From an uncultured delta proteobacterium (GTDB taxonomy: Bacteria > Myxococcota_A > Polyangia > Polyangiales > B10-G4): a DNA stretch of 64,000 nt. Under the pieces are notes generated by a model that was given only the letters and a program-made list of their open reading frames with translations, was not told where the DNA came from and made no database searches. The stretch lies in assembly GCA_963727445.1 (NCBI GenBank), contig CAVSGI010000010.1, positions 512,001 through 576,000 on the forward strand. Direction: 5' to 3'. Of the stretch, positions 10,419-20,819 are shown one piece after another. The stretch's first letter is position 1, and every line of letters starts with the position of its first letter. A program made the position numbers and the translations under genes.

Positions 10419-11090
10419 TCAGCACGCCGAGCCCTCGACGCCCACGCCGCTCAAGAGCGTCTCGGCCGTCGCGTGCAGGATGGCGAAGGGGAAGTTCCCG
10501 TAGAGCATCGCGCGCCCCCCATCGAAGACGTAGGTTGGCGAGCCACGCACGCCGAGCGCCTTGCCCGCGGCGTCGTCTTCGAAGAGCGCGGCGAGACAGG
10601 TGCCGTCCTCCAGCTTGCCCTCGAGGGCGGTGACGTCGACGCCGATCGACTCGGCCACCGCGAGCTGTTCCTGGCGCCGCGCGATGTTTCGATCGCGAAC
10701 GAAGAAGTGCTCGCGCATCGCGAGAAGGTAGCGCGCGCCTGCGCCCTCTTCGGCGAGGCCCTGGCTCTCGAGGGCGAAGACCGCTTTGACCGCGGCGCCG
10801 CTCGCGAGCGAGCTGGCCGGCGGATCCTTCACCCACACCTCGCCGCTCACGTCGTCACGGCCCTGCGCACGGGCGACGCGTCGCGTGGTGTCACGCCGTC
10901 CCTCGGGGCCCGCCTTCGCCCACGAGCCGCGCTCGAAGCGTTCGGGCACCAATCCGAAGACCGGGACGATGCGGTAATCCACCTCGATGCGCTCGCCCCA
11001 CTCGTCCAGGATCTGCTCGAGCTTCGGCTGCGCGACGAAGGCCCAGATGCACAAGGGGTCGGAGTAGTAACTGAACTGAAGCCGCCTCAT
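10419..11090 (-). CDS. DsbA/FrnE-like thioredoxin-fold protein
   Basis: YSDPLCIWA, LGVRGSPTYVF cis-Pro motif. Confidence 0.75.
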   Translation of the reverse strand: MRRLQFSYYSDPLCIWAFVAQPKLEQILDEWGERIEVDYRIVPVFGLVPERFERGSWAKAGPEGRRDTTRRVARAQGRDDVSGEVWVKDPPASSLASGAAVKAVFALESQGLAEEGAGARYLLAMREHFFVRDRNIARRQEQLAVAESIGVDVTALEGKLEDGTCLAALFEDDAAGKALGVRGSPTYVFDGGRAMLYGNFPFAILHATAETLLSGVGVEGSAC

Positions 11091-11108
11091 CGACGACTAG
11101 TTATACCC

Positions 11109-13499
11109 CTACCCGCCGCCGTCGACGACGCGCTCGCGCGCGGCCTCGAAGTGTTCGAGATCCTCGGCGTACATCGCCTCGATGTCGGTGAGGCTCCGCC
11201 CTTCGGCGAGCGCGTCGACCACGTCCTGGCGACCGACCATGCGCGCCAGCCGCGACGCATCCCACTGCCTGCCGTGGACCTGCATCAACGCCTTGGCGAG
11301 CGCGAGCCCGGTTCGAACCGGGTGAAACGCCTCGGCGTCGGTGACCTCGAGTCGGATGCCTTCGCAAGCAGCGTTTCGGTGAGGCCCGGCGCGCGGCGTG
11401 AAGTGGACCGCGTGAAAGGACACGCCCGCGAGGTCTTCGCCTTCGAGGGCGTGCACCAGCGCCTCGCTGCGCATCCACGGCGCCCCCAGGAGCTCGAAAG
11501 GGGCATCGGTGCCGCGACCCACCGAGACCGGCGTGGCCTCGAGCAGACCCACGGCCGGGTAGAGCAGCACCTCGGTGGGGGTGCGCAGGTTGGGGGAGGG
11601 CGCGACCCACGAGAGCCCCGTCTGAGGCCATCGCATGTCGCGCGACCATCCACGGCTCGACACGACCTCGAGCTCGGCGCCGATGTCTTCGTTCAACAGC
11701 CGCGCGAGCTCGCCCAGGGTCATCCCGTGGCGCACCGGCAGTGGGTAGTAGTTCACGAAGGAGGCCAGGGCCGCGTAGTCGAGGACCGGCCCCTCGACGT
11801 GCGTTCCGTCGAGAGGGTTCGGGCGATCGAGGATCACCACGCGCTTGTGATTCTCGGCGGCGGCCTCGAGGACGTTCTTCACGGTCGCGCCGTAGGTATA
11901 GAAGCGCACGCCCACGTCCTGCAGATCCACGGCCAGGACGTCGATGTCCGCGAGCATCTCCGGCGTGGGCTTGCGCGTCTCGCCGAAGAGGCTCAGCACC
12001 GACAGCCCCGTCACCGGCTCGCGCCTGCCGCGGATCCGGCCTTCGCGCCGCGAAGCGAGGCCGTGCTCGGGGGCGAAGAGCTTCACCAGGTTCACCTCCT
12101 CGGCGTCCGCGAGGACCTCGAGAGTGCGGCGGCCGTCGCGGGTGCGCGCAGCCGCGTGGGTGACGAGGCCGACCCGCGCTCCTTCGAGGGGCGCGAATCC
12201 CTCCTGCTCGAGCACGTCGACACCCAGGAGCACGTGGGCGTCGTCGGGGGGCGGCGGCAACGCGCGCTCACGGGCCGCGATGGCGATCTCGTCCACGCTC
12301 CGCAGCAGGTGGCTCACGTCCCCGTCACCGTCGGGATGGACGCGGTTGCTCAAGAGGATCACGAAGAGGTCGAGCTCGGGATCGATCCACAGCGCGGTGC
12401 CGGTGAAACCGAGGTGCCCATAGGCGCGCGCCGTGTAGCCGCGGGCCCGTCGGTCGGAGGAAGGCGCGTCCCAGCCGAGGGTGCGCGCGCCGCCCGGCAC
12501 CTGATGCGCCTGAGTCATCTGCGCGTGTCGCTCGGGGGTGAGGATGCGAGTGCCATCGAGCTCTCCGCCGCCGAGCATCATCCGCGCGAAGCGCGTCAGG
12601 TCGTCCGCGGTGGAGAAGAGCCCGGCGTTGCCGGCCACCCCGCCCAGGCGCAAGGAGCGCGGGTCGTGCACGTCACCGCGAATCGGCACGTCGTCGCGAT
12701 CTTCGGTCGGCGCGATCCGCGGGCGCCACTCACGCGGCGGGTTGAAGCGCGTCTCGTGCATCCCCAGCGGCTCGTAGATCCGCTCGGTGGCGAACTCGTC
12801 GAGGGGCTCACCGCTGATGCGCGTGACGATCTCGCCCAGAAGGATGTAGTTGATGTCGCTGTAGTGGTACATGCCGCCTGGGCCGGCATCGAGGCGCAGG
12901 TCGAAGATGTTCTCGAAGGCCCGTTCACGGCCCTCTTCGTAGTCGCGCCGCGGGTTCACCGCTGGCAGGCCGCTGGTGTGAAGGAGCAGGTGCCGCACGG
13001 TCACCCGTCCCTTACCGCGTCGCTCGAAGCCCGGCAGATAGCGGCTCACCGGCGCATCCAGATCGATCCGCCCCTCCTCCACCAGGAGCATCACGCTCAT
13101 CGCCGTCGCGAGGGGCTTGGTGATGCTCGCCAGATCGAAGATGGTGTCGACGGTCATCCGCTCGCGCTCGGGCACGAGCGCCCGGCTGCCGTAGGCGCGG
13201 CGGAAGAGGACACCGTCTCCATCGCCTACCACCACCACCGCGCCGGGCAGCTTGTGGGCGTGGATCGCGGCGCGCACCGCTTCGTCGATGCGGTCCTGAT
13301 CCTCGACGGCGAGTCGCACGACGGGCGGTACGGGTGGCTGCGCGACGTCGTGGGCCGACTCGTCAGCCACCTCCGGCGGCGCTCGCTCCGCGCTCGCCAT
13401 CGGCGGCGGCGCCTCCGCCTCGGTGGCCGGCGCGTGCGAAGCTCGCGGCTCCTCGCTGCCGCATGCGGCGAGCAAGAGGAACAACGAGAGCCGGAGCAT
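11109..13499 (-). CDS. Lipoprotein fusion: serine hydrolase (beta-lactamase class C-like) + DUF1343/NamZ exo-beta-N-acetylmuramidase domain
   Basis: LAACG lipobox; FDLASITK (SxxK), LLLHTSG, YSD, GHLGFTG; then LFAPEHG, DLQDVGVRFYTY, DRPNP, RHGMTLGELA. Confidence 0.85.
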   Translation of the reverse strand: MLRLSLFLLLAACGSEEPRASHAPATEAEAPPPMASAERAPPEVADESAHDVAQPPVPPVVRLAVEDQDRIDEAVRAAIHAHKLPGAVVVVGDGDGVLFRRAYGSRALVPERERMTVDTIFDLASITKPLATAMSVMLLVEEGRIDLDAPVSRYLPGFERRGKGRVTVRHLLLHTSGLPAVNPRRDYEEGRERAFENIFDLRLDAGPGGMYHYSDINYILLGEIVTRISGEPLDEFATERIYEPLGMHETRFNPPREWRPRIAPTEDRDDVPIRGDVHDPRSLRLGGVAGNAGLFSTADDLTRFARMMLGGGELDGTRILTPERHAQMTQAHQVPGGARTLGWDAPSSDRRARGYTARAYGHLGFTGTALWIDPELDLFVILLSNRVHPDGDGDVSHLLRSVDEIAIAARERALPPPPDDAHVLLGVDVLEQEGFAPLEGARVGLVTHAAARTRDGRRTLEVLADAEEVNLVKLFAPEHGLASRREGRIRGRREPVTGLSVLSLFGETRKPTPEMLADIDVLAVDLQDVGVRFYTYGATVKNVLEAAAENHKRVVILDRPNPLDGTHVEGPVLDYAALASFVNYYPLPVRHGMTLGELARLLNEDIGAELEVVSSRGWSRDMRWPQTGLSWVAPSPNLRTPTEVLLYPAVGLLEATPVSVGRGTDAPFELLGAPWMRSEALVHALEGEDLAGVSFHAVHFTPRAGPHRNAACEGIRLEVTDAEAFHPVRTGLALAKALMQVHGRQWDASRLARMVGRQDVVDALAEGRSLTDIEAMYAEDLEHFEAARERVVDGGG

Positions 13500-13566
13500 G
13501 AGTCGAATTTGACGCAAAACCGCCGCGCCATCCAACTTTGACGGCTTTTCGCGGGGCTTTGGCCTG

Positions 13567-15124
13567 CTAGGGCTCGAAGTCGGGATCGATCGCCGGGTAC
13601 TCGCCGGTTCTCAGACCGTCTTCGATGCTCGCGCGGATCGAGCGCGGCCGCTCGGTCATGAGCCCGGTGCGCGACAGAGGTGGCAGACGCACCCGGAAGC
13701 GCGTGCCCTTGCCCGGCCGGCTCTGTACGTCGAATCTCACCGCCCAGGCTGTCGATGACCGACCGCGAGATCGCGAGCCCGAGGCCCGTCCCGGTCCCCG
13801 CTTCCTTGGTGGTGAAGAAGGGATCGAAGATGCGATCGACGATGTCGGTGGGGATCCCGGGGCCGTTGTCCTCGATGGTGACGAGGGCCCAGCCCTCTTC
13901 GTCGGTGCCGGTGATGGCGCGGACGCGATTCTGGCTGGCCGGTCGCTTGCCGAAGGCCTGGCCGGCGTTGACCAGGAGGTTCACGAAGACCTGGCCGAGC
14001 CAGGCGGCGTTGGCGCGCACGGGGGCCGTCTCCTCGAGCTCGGGCACCACCTCGGCGCGCCCGTCGAGGACCGGGCTCGCCAGCTTCAGCGCCGTGCCCA
14101 CGACCTTTCGCACGTCCGTGGGACCGTGGGTCGAGGTATCGCTGCGCGCCAGCGAGAGGAGGTCCTGGACGATCACCCGCACCCGCTCCGCTCCGTCGAG
14201 CGCCTCGGCGAGCATGTGGTGTGCTTCGCCACGTCCCTTTTCGTCGGGGACCAGACGGGTGAGCGACATCCGGAGCTTTTCGAGGTGCAGCACCACGTAA
14301 GTGAGCGGGTTGTTGATCTCGTGGGCGACGCCCGTCGCCAGCGTACCGACCGTCGCCATGCGGTCGGCTTGGATGAGACGACCCTGCATGCGCTTGCGCT
14401 CGGTGACGTCGCGACCGAATCCGAGCAGGCACGGCGCACCTTCGTACTCGATGGGAATGGAGGAGATCTCGACCGTCACTACCTCGCCGGAGGGATGGAT
14501 GAGGCGATATTCGTAGGGGCGGAGCGCTTCGCCCGCGAGGATCCGATCCATGCGATCCGAGAGTACGGCGACGTCGTCGCCATGGACGATCTCGCCGAGC
14601 TCGGTGCCGAGCTCGATGCCGCCGAAGAGCCGCTTGGCGGCAGGATTCATGTAGAGGAGCTGTCCGTCTCGGAGCACGTGGATCGCATCGGGCGAGGCCT
14701 CGGTGAAGGTTCGAAAGCGACTCTCGGAGGACCGCAGGCGCTCCGCGATGCTGACCTGCTCGGAGACGTCTCGAATGAAGGTGACAGTCGCCGGACGCCC
14801 GTCGTGCCGCGCGGTGGCGATGGAGACCTCGATCGGGATGCGGCGACCGTCGCTGGTGGAGACGTCGAGACGCACCGCGCGCCCGTCGTCCTCTCCCGAG
14901 AGCCGCTTCTCTTCCAGCGCGGCGAGCTTGGTCCTGGCCGCGCGGTCGAGGGCCCCGGCCGCACCTTCGCCCGGTGCCGCGGCGCCCAGGAGCCTCGAGG
15001 CGGCCTCGCTCACGAAGACGGAGCGCAGCGAGCCCCCGGACTCCACGGTCACGGTCATCCCGATGCCGGCGTGATCGAGCGCCGCCAGGATGGTCTCGGG
15101 CAGGTCGCCGAGGTCCTCGTCCAC
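13567..15124 (-). CDS. Dual-PAS sensor histidine kinase, +1 frameshift near 13733
   Basis: AHEINNPL H-box, NLLVNA, DNGPGI, FDPFFTTK, GTGLGL; removing one base restores GGEIDVQSRPGKGTRFRVRLP and a stop at 13567. Confidence 0.85.
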
Positions 15125-15162
15125 TCGGGCATTCTACCCCGGACGTCCGCGGCCAGGGGTGC

Positions 15163-16473
15163 TTAGATTGGCTCGGAGATCAGGGTTTCCACGAGCGCCT
15201 CGAATTCCGAGACGAGGCGGGTGTGGTGAGCGCCGGTGGCGGGCCCGGCGAAGCCCGTGTGGATGCGCCGAACCCGACCGTCGCGTCCGATGAAGATCGT
15301 CGTGGGGTAGCTCTTCAGCGGGCTGAGATCGGGGAGCACCTGCGCAACCTGGTCGCCGGCGGCACGTCCCGCGAGGACCATCGGAAAGTCGATGCCGTGC
15401 CGCTCGCGGTAGGCGCGAAGGCGCGGAAGCGCGACCTCGGGATCGGCCCGATACTCGAAGGCCAGGCTGATCACCGTGAGGCCCTGGTCGTGGAAGCGCT
15501 CGTTCAGCTCGACCAGCAGCGGCGTCTCGTCCGTGCAGTTCGGGCACCAGGTCCCGAAGACGTCGACGATCACGACGCGCCCGTCGAGGGCGTCGCCCGG
15601 CATGGAGAGGTGTTCGCCGTCGATCGTCGTGACGTCGAAGCGAAAGGTGTGGTCGGCGCTCGTCACCCGCGTCTGCTCGAAGGGGTCGGGGAGCACCACC
15701 TCGTCGTCCGAGATGCGGGTGGCCTCGAAGGTCTCGTGGTAGCTGTCGCGCGACCAGAAGTCGCCTGTGAGAACCCCCTCCGGGTTCGCGCGCGCGACGA
15801 AGAGATAGGCGATGAAACCGTCGAAGCAGGCGAGCCTCAGCACGCTCTGGTCGTAGTCCCCCTCGAGGTAACGGTAGTCGCCCGTCGGCGTGAGGAAGGT
15901 GCCATGGACGACCGTGCCTTCCTGACGAAACTCGCCCCGCGCCTTCGAGGTCTCTCCGTCCTGACCGGTGAAGGTGACGCTCCAGGCGCCGGTCACATCC
16001 TCGATGGTCCCGGCGCCCGGCGTGGCGATCGGCGCAGTGAAGCGCGCGGTGCCTTCTTCGTCCGGGGTCGCTTCGAAGCGCAGGCGGCTCTCACCGTCGC
16101 GGTTGTCGCGACGCCACATCCCGCGCAACACGCCGTCCGGCCCGCGGGTGGCCGTGATCTCGGCGCCGTAATGCGCGATCCCGAGTCGCACCTGATCCCC
16201 CTCGACCTCCACCGAGCTGAAGGGAGCGTCCTCGCCTCCGTTGTGGATCACCGCGGGCGGCTCGGCGCCCTCTTCGCCGATTGTCATGAAGAAGGGAAGC
16301 TCGCCGCCGGGTGAGGAGAGCACCGCGCGGTATCGGCCGGTGACGCTCGGGGGCGGTGCTTCGTCGGGCGCGGGCGCAGGGGAGGGCGCGGCGGGCTCGG
16401 CCTCCTCGCACCCGCGACAGCCGGCCAGCGACAGGCACAGACACACCAACAGTGTGCGGCCCCGCCAGCTCAT
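15163..16473 (-). CDS. TlpA/ResA-family thiol-disulfide oxidoreductase lipoprotein
   Basis: LAGC lipobox; FGTWCPNC; YPTTIFIGRDGRVR; start overlaps kinase stop. Confidence 0.8.
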   Translation of the reverse strand: MSWRGRTLLVCLCLSLAGCRGCEEAEPAAPSPAPAPDEAPPPSVTGRYRAVLSSPGGELPFFMTIGEEGAEPPAVIHNGGEDAPFSSVEVEGDQVRLGIAHYGAEITATRGPDGVLRGMWRRDNRDGESRLRFEATPDEEGTARFTAPIATPGAGTIEDVTGAWSVTFTGQDGETSKARGEFRQEGTVVHGTFLTPTGDYRYLEGDYDQSVLRLACFDGFIAYLFVARANPEGVLTGDFWSRDSYHETFEATRISDDEVVLPDPFEQTRVTSADHTFRFDVTTIDGEHLSMPGDALDGRVVIVDVFGTWCPNCTDETPLLVELNERFHDQGLTVISLAFEYRADPEVALPRLRAYRERHGIDFPMVLAGRAAGDQVAQVLPDLSPLKSYPTTIFIGRDGRVRRIHTGFAGPATGAHHTRLVSEFEALVETLISEPI

Positions 16474-18293
16474 GGCGCCTCGTCCAGGCTGGCGCGCACC
16501 GCCTCGGCCGCCGCGCGACACGCTTCGGCGCCTCCGGGTAGGTCGACTCCGATCATCGGCGCGAGGGCCTGCCGCGCGGCCTCGATCTTCATCGGCGCCG
16601 CCGCGCTCGCGAACTGGTCCAGGGCCCCGCCCTCGGCGCGGGGCCAGCTCATGAGCGTGTGCGCCGACAGGAGCTGCAGCGCGGCTTGCTTCGCCATCAG
16701 GCAGATGGCGTAGCGCGGCGAGCCGTAGCGCGCCGCCTCGCCGTAGGCGTTCGCGATGCGGCCTTCGAGCGTCGACAGGGCGCCGGCGACCTGGTCCTCG
16801 GGCATGTCGCGATCCTCGCCGTAGCGCAGGGCGAGGCGATCCCCCAGCGCGCTGAAGGCGATGGCGGCCTGCTCGCTCGCGTGGGTTTGCGCCGGGATTC
16901 GCACATCGGAGAGCTGCCGCAGGACGGTGGCCGCGCCGTCCACGTCATCGTCGTCGAGGCGGCGCAGCGCCTCCACCACGATCTCGTGCACGTGGTTTTC
17001 GACGTCCGTCGACGCAGCGGCGGCGACGGCTCGTGGGATGGGGTCGGCCACGTCTGCGGGGTGGACGGGCGACCACCCAACCGGATCGCTCGGCGCCAGG
17101 GGGCGCGTGGTGACGACCGGCTGCGGAGCCACGACCGGCGCGACCGAGGTGGGCGCGGCGTCCCGTGGCTCGGTGCGGGTGACGGCGAAGCCGAACGCGG
17201 CCGCGAAGCCGCCCGCGATCATCAACGACACGACCACCGCCGCGACGAGGATGGGCACGAGCGGCAGTGACCGTTTCGACGCCGGCGCGACCGAGAAAGA
17301 GGGCGGAGGCGCGGTCTTCGGGATGGAGGGCGCCCCGACCGCGAGCGCGGTGGGCGCGCTGGGATTGGCGCGTTCGGCAGGCGCCGGCTGGGCCTCGGGC
17401 GCACCCGTGGCGAGGTCGACCGTACGGAGGGCCTCGCGCATCTCCGCCGCATCGCGGAAGCGGTCGGCCGGCGAAACCGCGAGCCCGCGATGGACGGCCT
17501 GCACCAGCGCCTGGGGCAGGGTGGGGCAGACGCTGGCGAGGTTCACCGGCATGCCGGTGATCACCGCGGCGATCAACGCCTGCATCGAGTTCTGTGGATG
17601 GGGCAGCCGGCCACTGAGCATCTGGTACAGGACGATGCTCAGCGAGTAGAGGTCGGCGCGGCCATCGACGTCGGGGTCGCCGCGCAGCTGCTCGGGCGCC
17701 ATGTACGAGGGGGTGCCCACCGCGGCGCCGGGCTGGGTCAGCTGCGCCATGGAGTCCGGGCCGAAGAGCAGCCGCGCGATCCCGAAATCGAGCACCTTGA
17801 CCTGCTCCTCGCCATCGTCGCTCTTGGCGAGGAACACGTTGGCGGGCTTGAGATCGCGATGCACGATCCCGCGCGCGTGCACCGGCCCGAGGGTGTCGAG
17901 GAGCGCGATGGTGAGCGCGATCGCCTCTGCCGGCGGTAGCGTCTCGTCGCGCTGCAGCCGCTCGTCCAGCCCCTCGCCCTCGAGGTACTCCATCACGAGG
18001 AAGGGGCCCTCGTTCACGTCGACGTCCAGATCGAAGAGCTGCGGCACACCCGGACCCGCGACCTTCGCCGCCGCGCGCGCTTCACGCTCGAATCGGCGCA
18101 CGAACTCCCCGTCGTCGGCGATCGCCGGCAGCAGCACCTTCACCGCGACGCGCCGGTCCATCGCGCGATGAATGGCCTCGTAGACAGCGCCCATCCCGCC
18201 CACGCCCAGGAGGCGCTGGAGGTGGTAACGCCGCCCCAGGGTGCGCCCCACGAGCCCCTCCGCCCACTCTCGCTTCCCCGAGATCTCGAGCAC
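16470..18293 (-). CDS. Membrane Ser/Thr protein kinase
   Basis: GVGGMGAVY, VAVK, HRDLKPAN, DFG, GTPSYMAPEQ; TM segment and external domain. Confidence 0.9.
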   Translation of the reverse strand: MLEISGKREWAEGLVGRTLGRRYHLQRLLGVGGMGAVYEAIHRAMDRRVAVKVLLPAIADDGEFVRRFEREARAAAKVAGPGVPQLFDLDVDVNEGPFLVMEYLEGEGLDERLQRDETLPPAEAIALTIALLDTLGPVHARGIVHRDLKPANVFLAKSDDGEEQVKVLDFGIARLLFGPDSMAQLTQPGAAVGTPSYMAPEQLRGDPDVDGRADLYSLSIVLYQMLSGRLPHPQNSMQALIAAVITGMPVNLASVCPTLPQALVQAVHRGLAVSPADRFRDAAEMREALRTVDLATGAPEAQPAPAERANPSAPTALAVGAPSIPKTAPPPSFSVAPASKRSLPLVPILVAAVVVSLMIAGGFAAAFGFAVTRTEPRDAAPTSVAPVVAPQPVVTTRPLAPSDPVGWSPVHPADVADPIPRAVAAAASTDVENHVHEIVVEALRRLDDDDVDGAATVLRQLSDVRIPAQTHASEQAAIAFSALGDRLALRYGEDRDMPEDQVAGALSTLEGRIANAYGEAARYGSPRYAICLMAKQAALQLLSAHTLMSWPRAEGGALDQFASAAAPMKIEAARQALAPMIGVDLPGGAEACRAAAEAVRASLDEAP

Positions 18294-18387
18294 CGCCTGA
18301 CAACGGTACCGCGTTCGGACGCCGGTCGTGTCCCTTTGTCGGCGATCTCGGTCGACGTCGCGGATCGGTGGGGTTAGGGTCGGCGCG

Positions 18388-19206
18388 ATGGGGAAGGACC
18401 GACCGAGCCTGACGGAGCTCCGCGCGCGCTACGTCGTCGAGGGCCGCCCGTTGCCCAGGGACGTGGAGCATCGCCTGCGGGGCGACGAACGCCGCGGCGC
18501 GCAGGCGATCCTCAAAGCGATCGACAAGCGGCGGAAGAAGAACCGCGCCGAAGGACAGCGTCTGCGCCGCATGCTGCGCTACGAGCAGGCGCTCTGGGGC
18601 GATGGCATCTCCGCGATCGCGGGCGTCGACGAGGTCGGCATGAGCCCCCTCGCCGGGCCGGTGGTGGCGGCGGCCGTGATCCTGCCTGTCGGCTATCGGA
18701 TCCGCGACGTCGACGATTCCAAGAAGCTCGATCGCGAAACCCGCGAGCGTCTGGCCGAGACCCTCCGGCGCGACGCCGTGTGCTGGGCGATCGGGCGCGC
18801 GGAGCCGGAGGAGATCGACCGCATCAACATCTATCACGCGGGCCTTCTGGCCATGCGCCGCGCGGTCGAGGGCCTCTCGCCCACCGCGGAGCATCTCCTG
18901 ATCGATGCGCGCAAGCTGAAGGAGCTCGCGATTCCGCAGACGCCGATCATCCACGGCGACGCGGAGAGCTTCTCCATCGCCGCGGCGTCGATCGTCGCCA
19001 AGGTGTATCGCGACGGATTGATGGCGGAGCTCGACCGTGCGTTTCCGGGTTACGGCTTCGCGAAACACAAAGGCTACCCCGTGAAGCAGCACTACCGAGC
19101 CCTCGACGAGCTCGGCGCGACGCCGGTGCATCGACGCTCCTTCCGACCCGTGCAGGAGGCGCTGGGCCTCGTCCCGAAGCAGCAGGAGCTCTTCGACTCC
19201 GAGTGA
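18388..19206 (+). CDS. rnhB: Ribonuclease HII
   Basis: [47 protein letters not shown]. Confidence 0.95.
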   Translation: MGKDRPSLTELRARYVVEGRPLPRDVEHRLRGDERRGAQAILKAIDKRRKKNRAEGQRLRRMLRYEQALWGDGISAIAGVDEVGMSPLAGPVVAAAVILPVGYRIRDVDDSKKLDRETRERLAETLRRDAVCWAIGRAEPEEIDRINIYHAGLLAMRRAVEGLSPTAEHLLIDARKLKELAIPQTPIIHGDAESFSIAAASIVAKVYRDGLMAELDRAFPGYGFAKHKGYPVKQHYRALDELGATPVHRRSFRPVQEALGLVPKQQELFDSE

Positions 19207-19293
19207 GCGGGCCCAGCCGCCTGGAACGGGCCTTGCGATGCAACGGGGCCGAGGACCGCGCTGCGGAGATCAGTCCGCGGCGGCCGAACACCC

Positions 19294-20724
19294 ATGCCCG
19301 TTTCACGCTTGCTCGCTTCCACGCTCCTCGTCGGCCTCGTCGCCTGCGCCAACGACGGGAAGCCTCTGCCTTCGCGGGATGCACCTCCCATTTCCCCGTC
19401 CGAGGCAGACGGAGGCGTCACCGAGGACGGCGGACCGCCGCCGTCACCCGACGCAGCCGCGCCCAGCGACGCGGCCCCGGCCCCGCCCCCGGCTCCGCCA
19501 CCGCTCCGGGACGACGCGGTCGACCTGTTGCCCGAGTGGCGCGATCAGGTCGCCCGATCGATCGATGATTGGACGCTCTCCGAGGGATTTGCCGCCTCTG
19601 GCTACGCTCTTCCGGCGGGCACCGAGCTGATGGCGGTGCGGGTGACCGAGGGTCCCGAAGGGAGGCCGGGCTACGTCTTCTACGAGGCCGGCGACGGTGC
19701 CTTCTCGGACGACTTCTGGCCCGCCTCCACCGTCAAGCTTCTCTCCTCCATCGGCGCCCTCGAGCGGGTTCACGAGCTCGGCTTCACCAGCGACGCCTAC
19801 GTCACCTTCGACAGCGGCTACGCGGACACGCTCTCGATGATCGTCCGACGCGCCATCCGCATCAGCAGCAACGAGGACTACGACCGCACGGTGCGCATCG
19901 CCGGGCTCACCCGCCTCAACGACGTGTTCCTCACGCCCGAGCGCGGCTTCGATCTCACGGCCATTCAGGCTTCCTATTCGGGCATGGGCGTCACCAGCTC
20001 TCCGGGCATCACCTTCGAGGAGGGCGGTCGCTCCCAGCACGTGCCGGGTTACACGAACGCGGCCCGCGGGCGTTGCCCGAGCGGCGGCAACAACTGCACC
20101 ACGCTCTTCGAGCTCCTCGAAGGGGCCCGACGGATCCTCCTCGATGGCGAGATCCCGGAGGAGGAGCGCTTCGCGCTCGATCCGCGCGACGTCACGCTCC
20201 TCAGGCGCAACCTCTGTGGGGCGACGCCTTCCTTCTTCGAGAGCGGTGCCACTCGCGCCCTCGGGCCGGGCGCCACCATCTGTCACAAGCCGGGGTGGGT
20301 TCCTTCGCGCGACTGCCTCGACCACGGGATGATCGTCGACCCCGTCACCGGTGAGCGGATCTTCCTCGCGGCGGCGACGCCCTCCGGGGGACGGAGCGAC
20401 TGCCCGATGCTCGCCCCGATGGCGGAGGAGGCGCTCCTCGCGCTCGCCGACGTCCCCACCGGCATGGCCCTCGGGCCGACCGAAGGGATCCCCCTGGTCG
20501 TCCAGCTCGACGTCGCCGACAGCGGCGACACCTTCCAGATCGAAGCGGAGGGCGCCGACCGGGTGATCCTCCATCTCGACGGCGAGCCGATCGGTGAAGC
20601 CACCACGGGGTCGCCCTTCCGAATCGAGACGCGGATCGAAGATCGCGGGGAGCGACTCGTCGGGGTCCAGGCGCTCTCGGCGGGCGAGGTCGTCGGCCGG
20701 CGAACGGCGGTGATCCGACTCTGA
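19294..20724 (+). CDS. Lipoprotein, serine hydrolase of beta-lactamase/PBP-like fold with C-terminal Ig-like domain
   Basis: LVAC lipobox; PASTVK (SxxK), SSN, HKPG (KTG-like). Confidence 0.65.
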   Translation: MPVSRLLASTLLVGLVACANDGKPLPSRDAPPISPSEADGGVTEDGGPPPSPDAAAPSDAAPAPPPAPPPLRDDAVDLLPEWRDQVARSIDDWTLSEGFAASGYALPAGTELMAVRVTEGPEGRPGYVFYEAGDGAFSDDFWPASTVKLLSSIGALERVHELGFTSDAYVTFDSGYADTLSMIVRRAIRISSNEDYDRTVRIAGLTRLNDVFLTPERGFDLTAIQASYSGMGVTSSPGITFEEGGRSQHVPGYTNAARGRCPSGGNNCTTLFELLEGARRILLDGEIPEEERFALDPRDVTLLRRNLCGATPSFFESGATRALGPGATICHKPGWVPSRDCLDHGMIVDPVTGERIFLAAATPSGGRSDCPMLAPMAEEALLALADVPTGMALGPTEGIPLVVQLDVADSGDTFQIEAEGADRVILHLDGEPIGEATTGSPFRIETRIEDRGERLVGVQALSAGEVVGRRTAVIRL

Positions 20725-20791
20725 GTGGGCCGATGTGCTCAGGTGCGTGCCGAGGTGTGCCGGGCGCTGACGAGATCAGGCGACTTTCGGG

Positions 20792-20806
20792 TGGCACACC
20801 GCGTGC
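20792..20806 (+). promoter_or_regulatory. Putative sigma54 -24/-12 promoter
   Basis: TGGCACACCGCGTGC = TGGCAC..GG-N10-GC; ATG 20820 lies 14 nt after the conserved C. Confidence 0.55.
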
Positions 20807-20819
20807 TGATTCGCTGACC

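Noticed and set aside
10473..13541. 1022-aa plus-strand ORF
   Set aside because: Antisense shadow of the DsbA-like and NamZ-fusion genes
13226..13566. C-terminal extension of the histidine kinase over the NamZ-fusion gene
   Set aside because: Artefact of the frameshift near 13733; the repaired frame stops at 13567
11109..20724. Antibiotic-resistance beta-lactamases
   Set aside because: SxxK-fold proteins only; the fusion and context favour cell-wall or ester hydrolases, and specificity cannot be read from sequence
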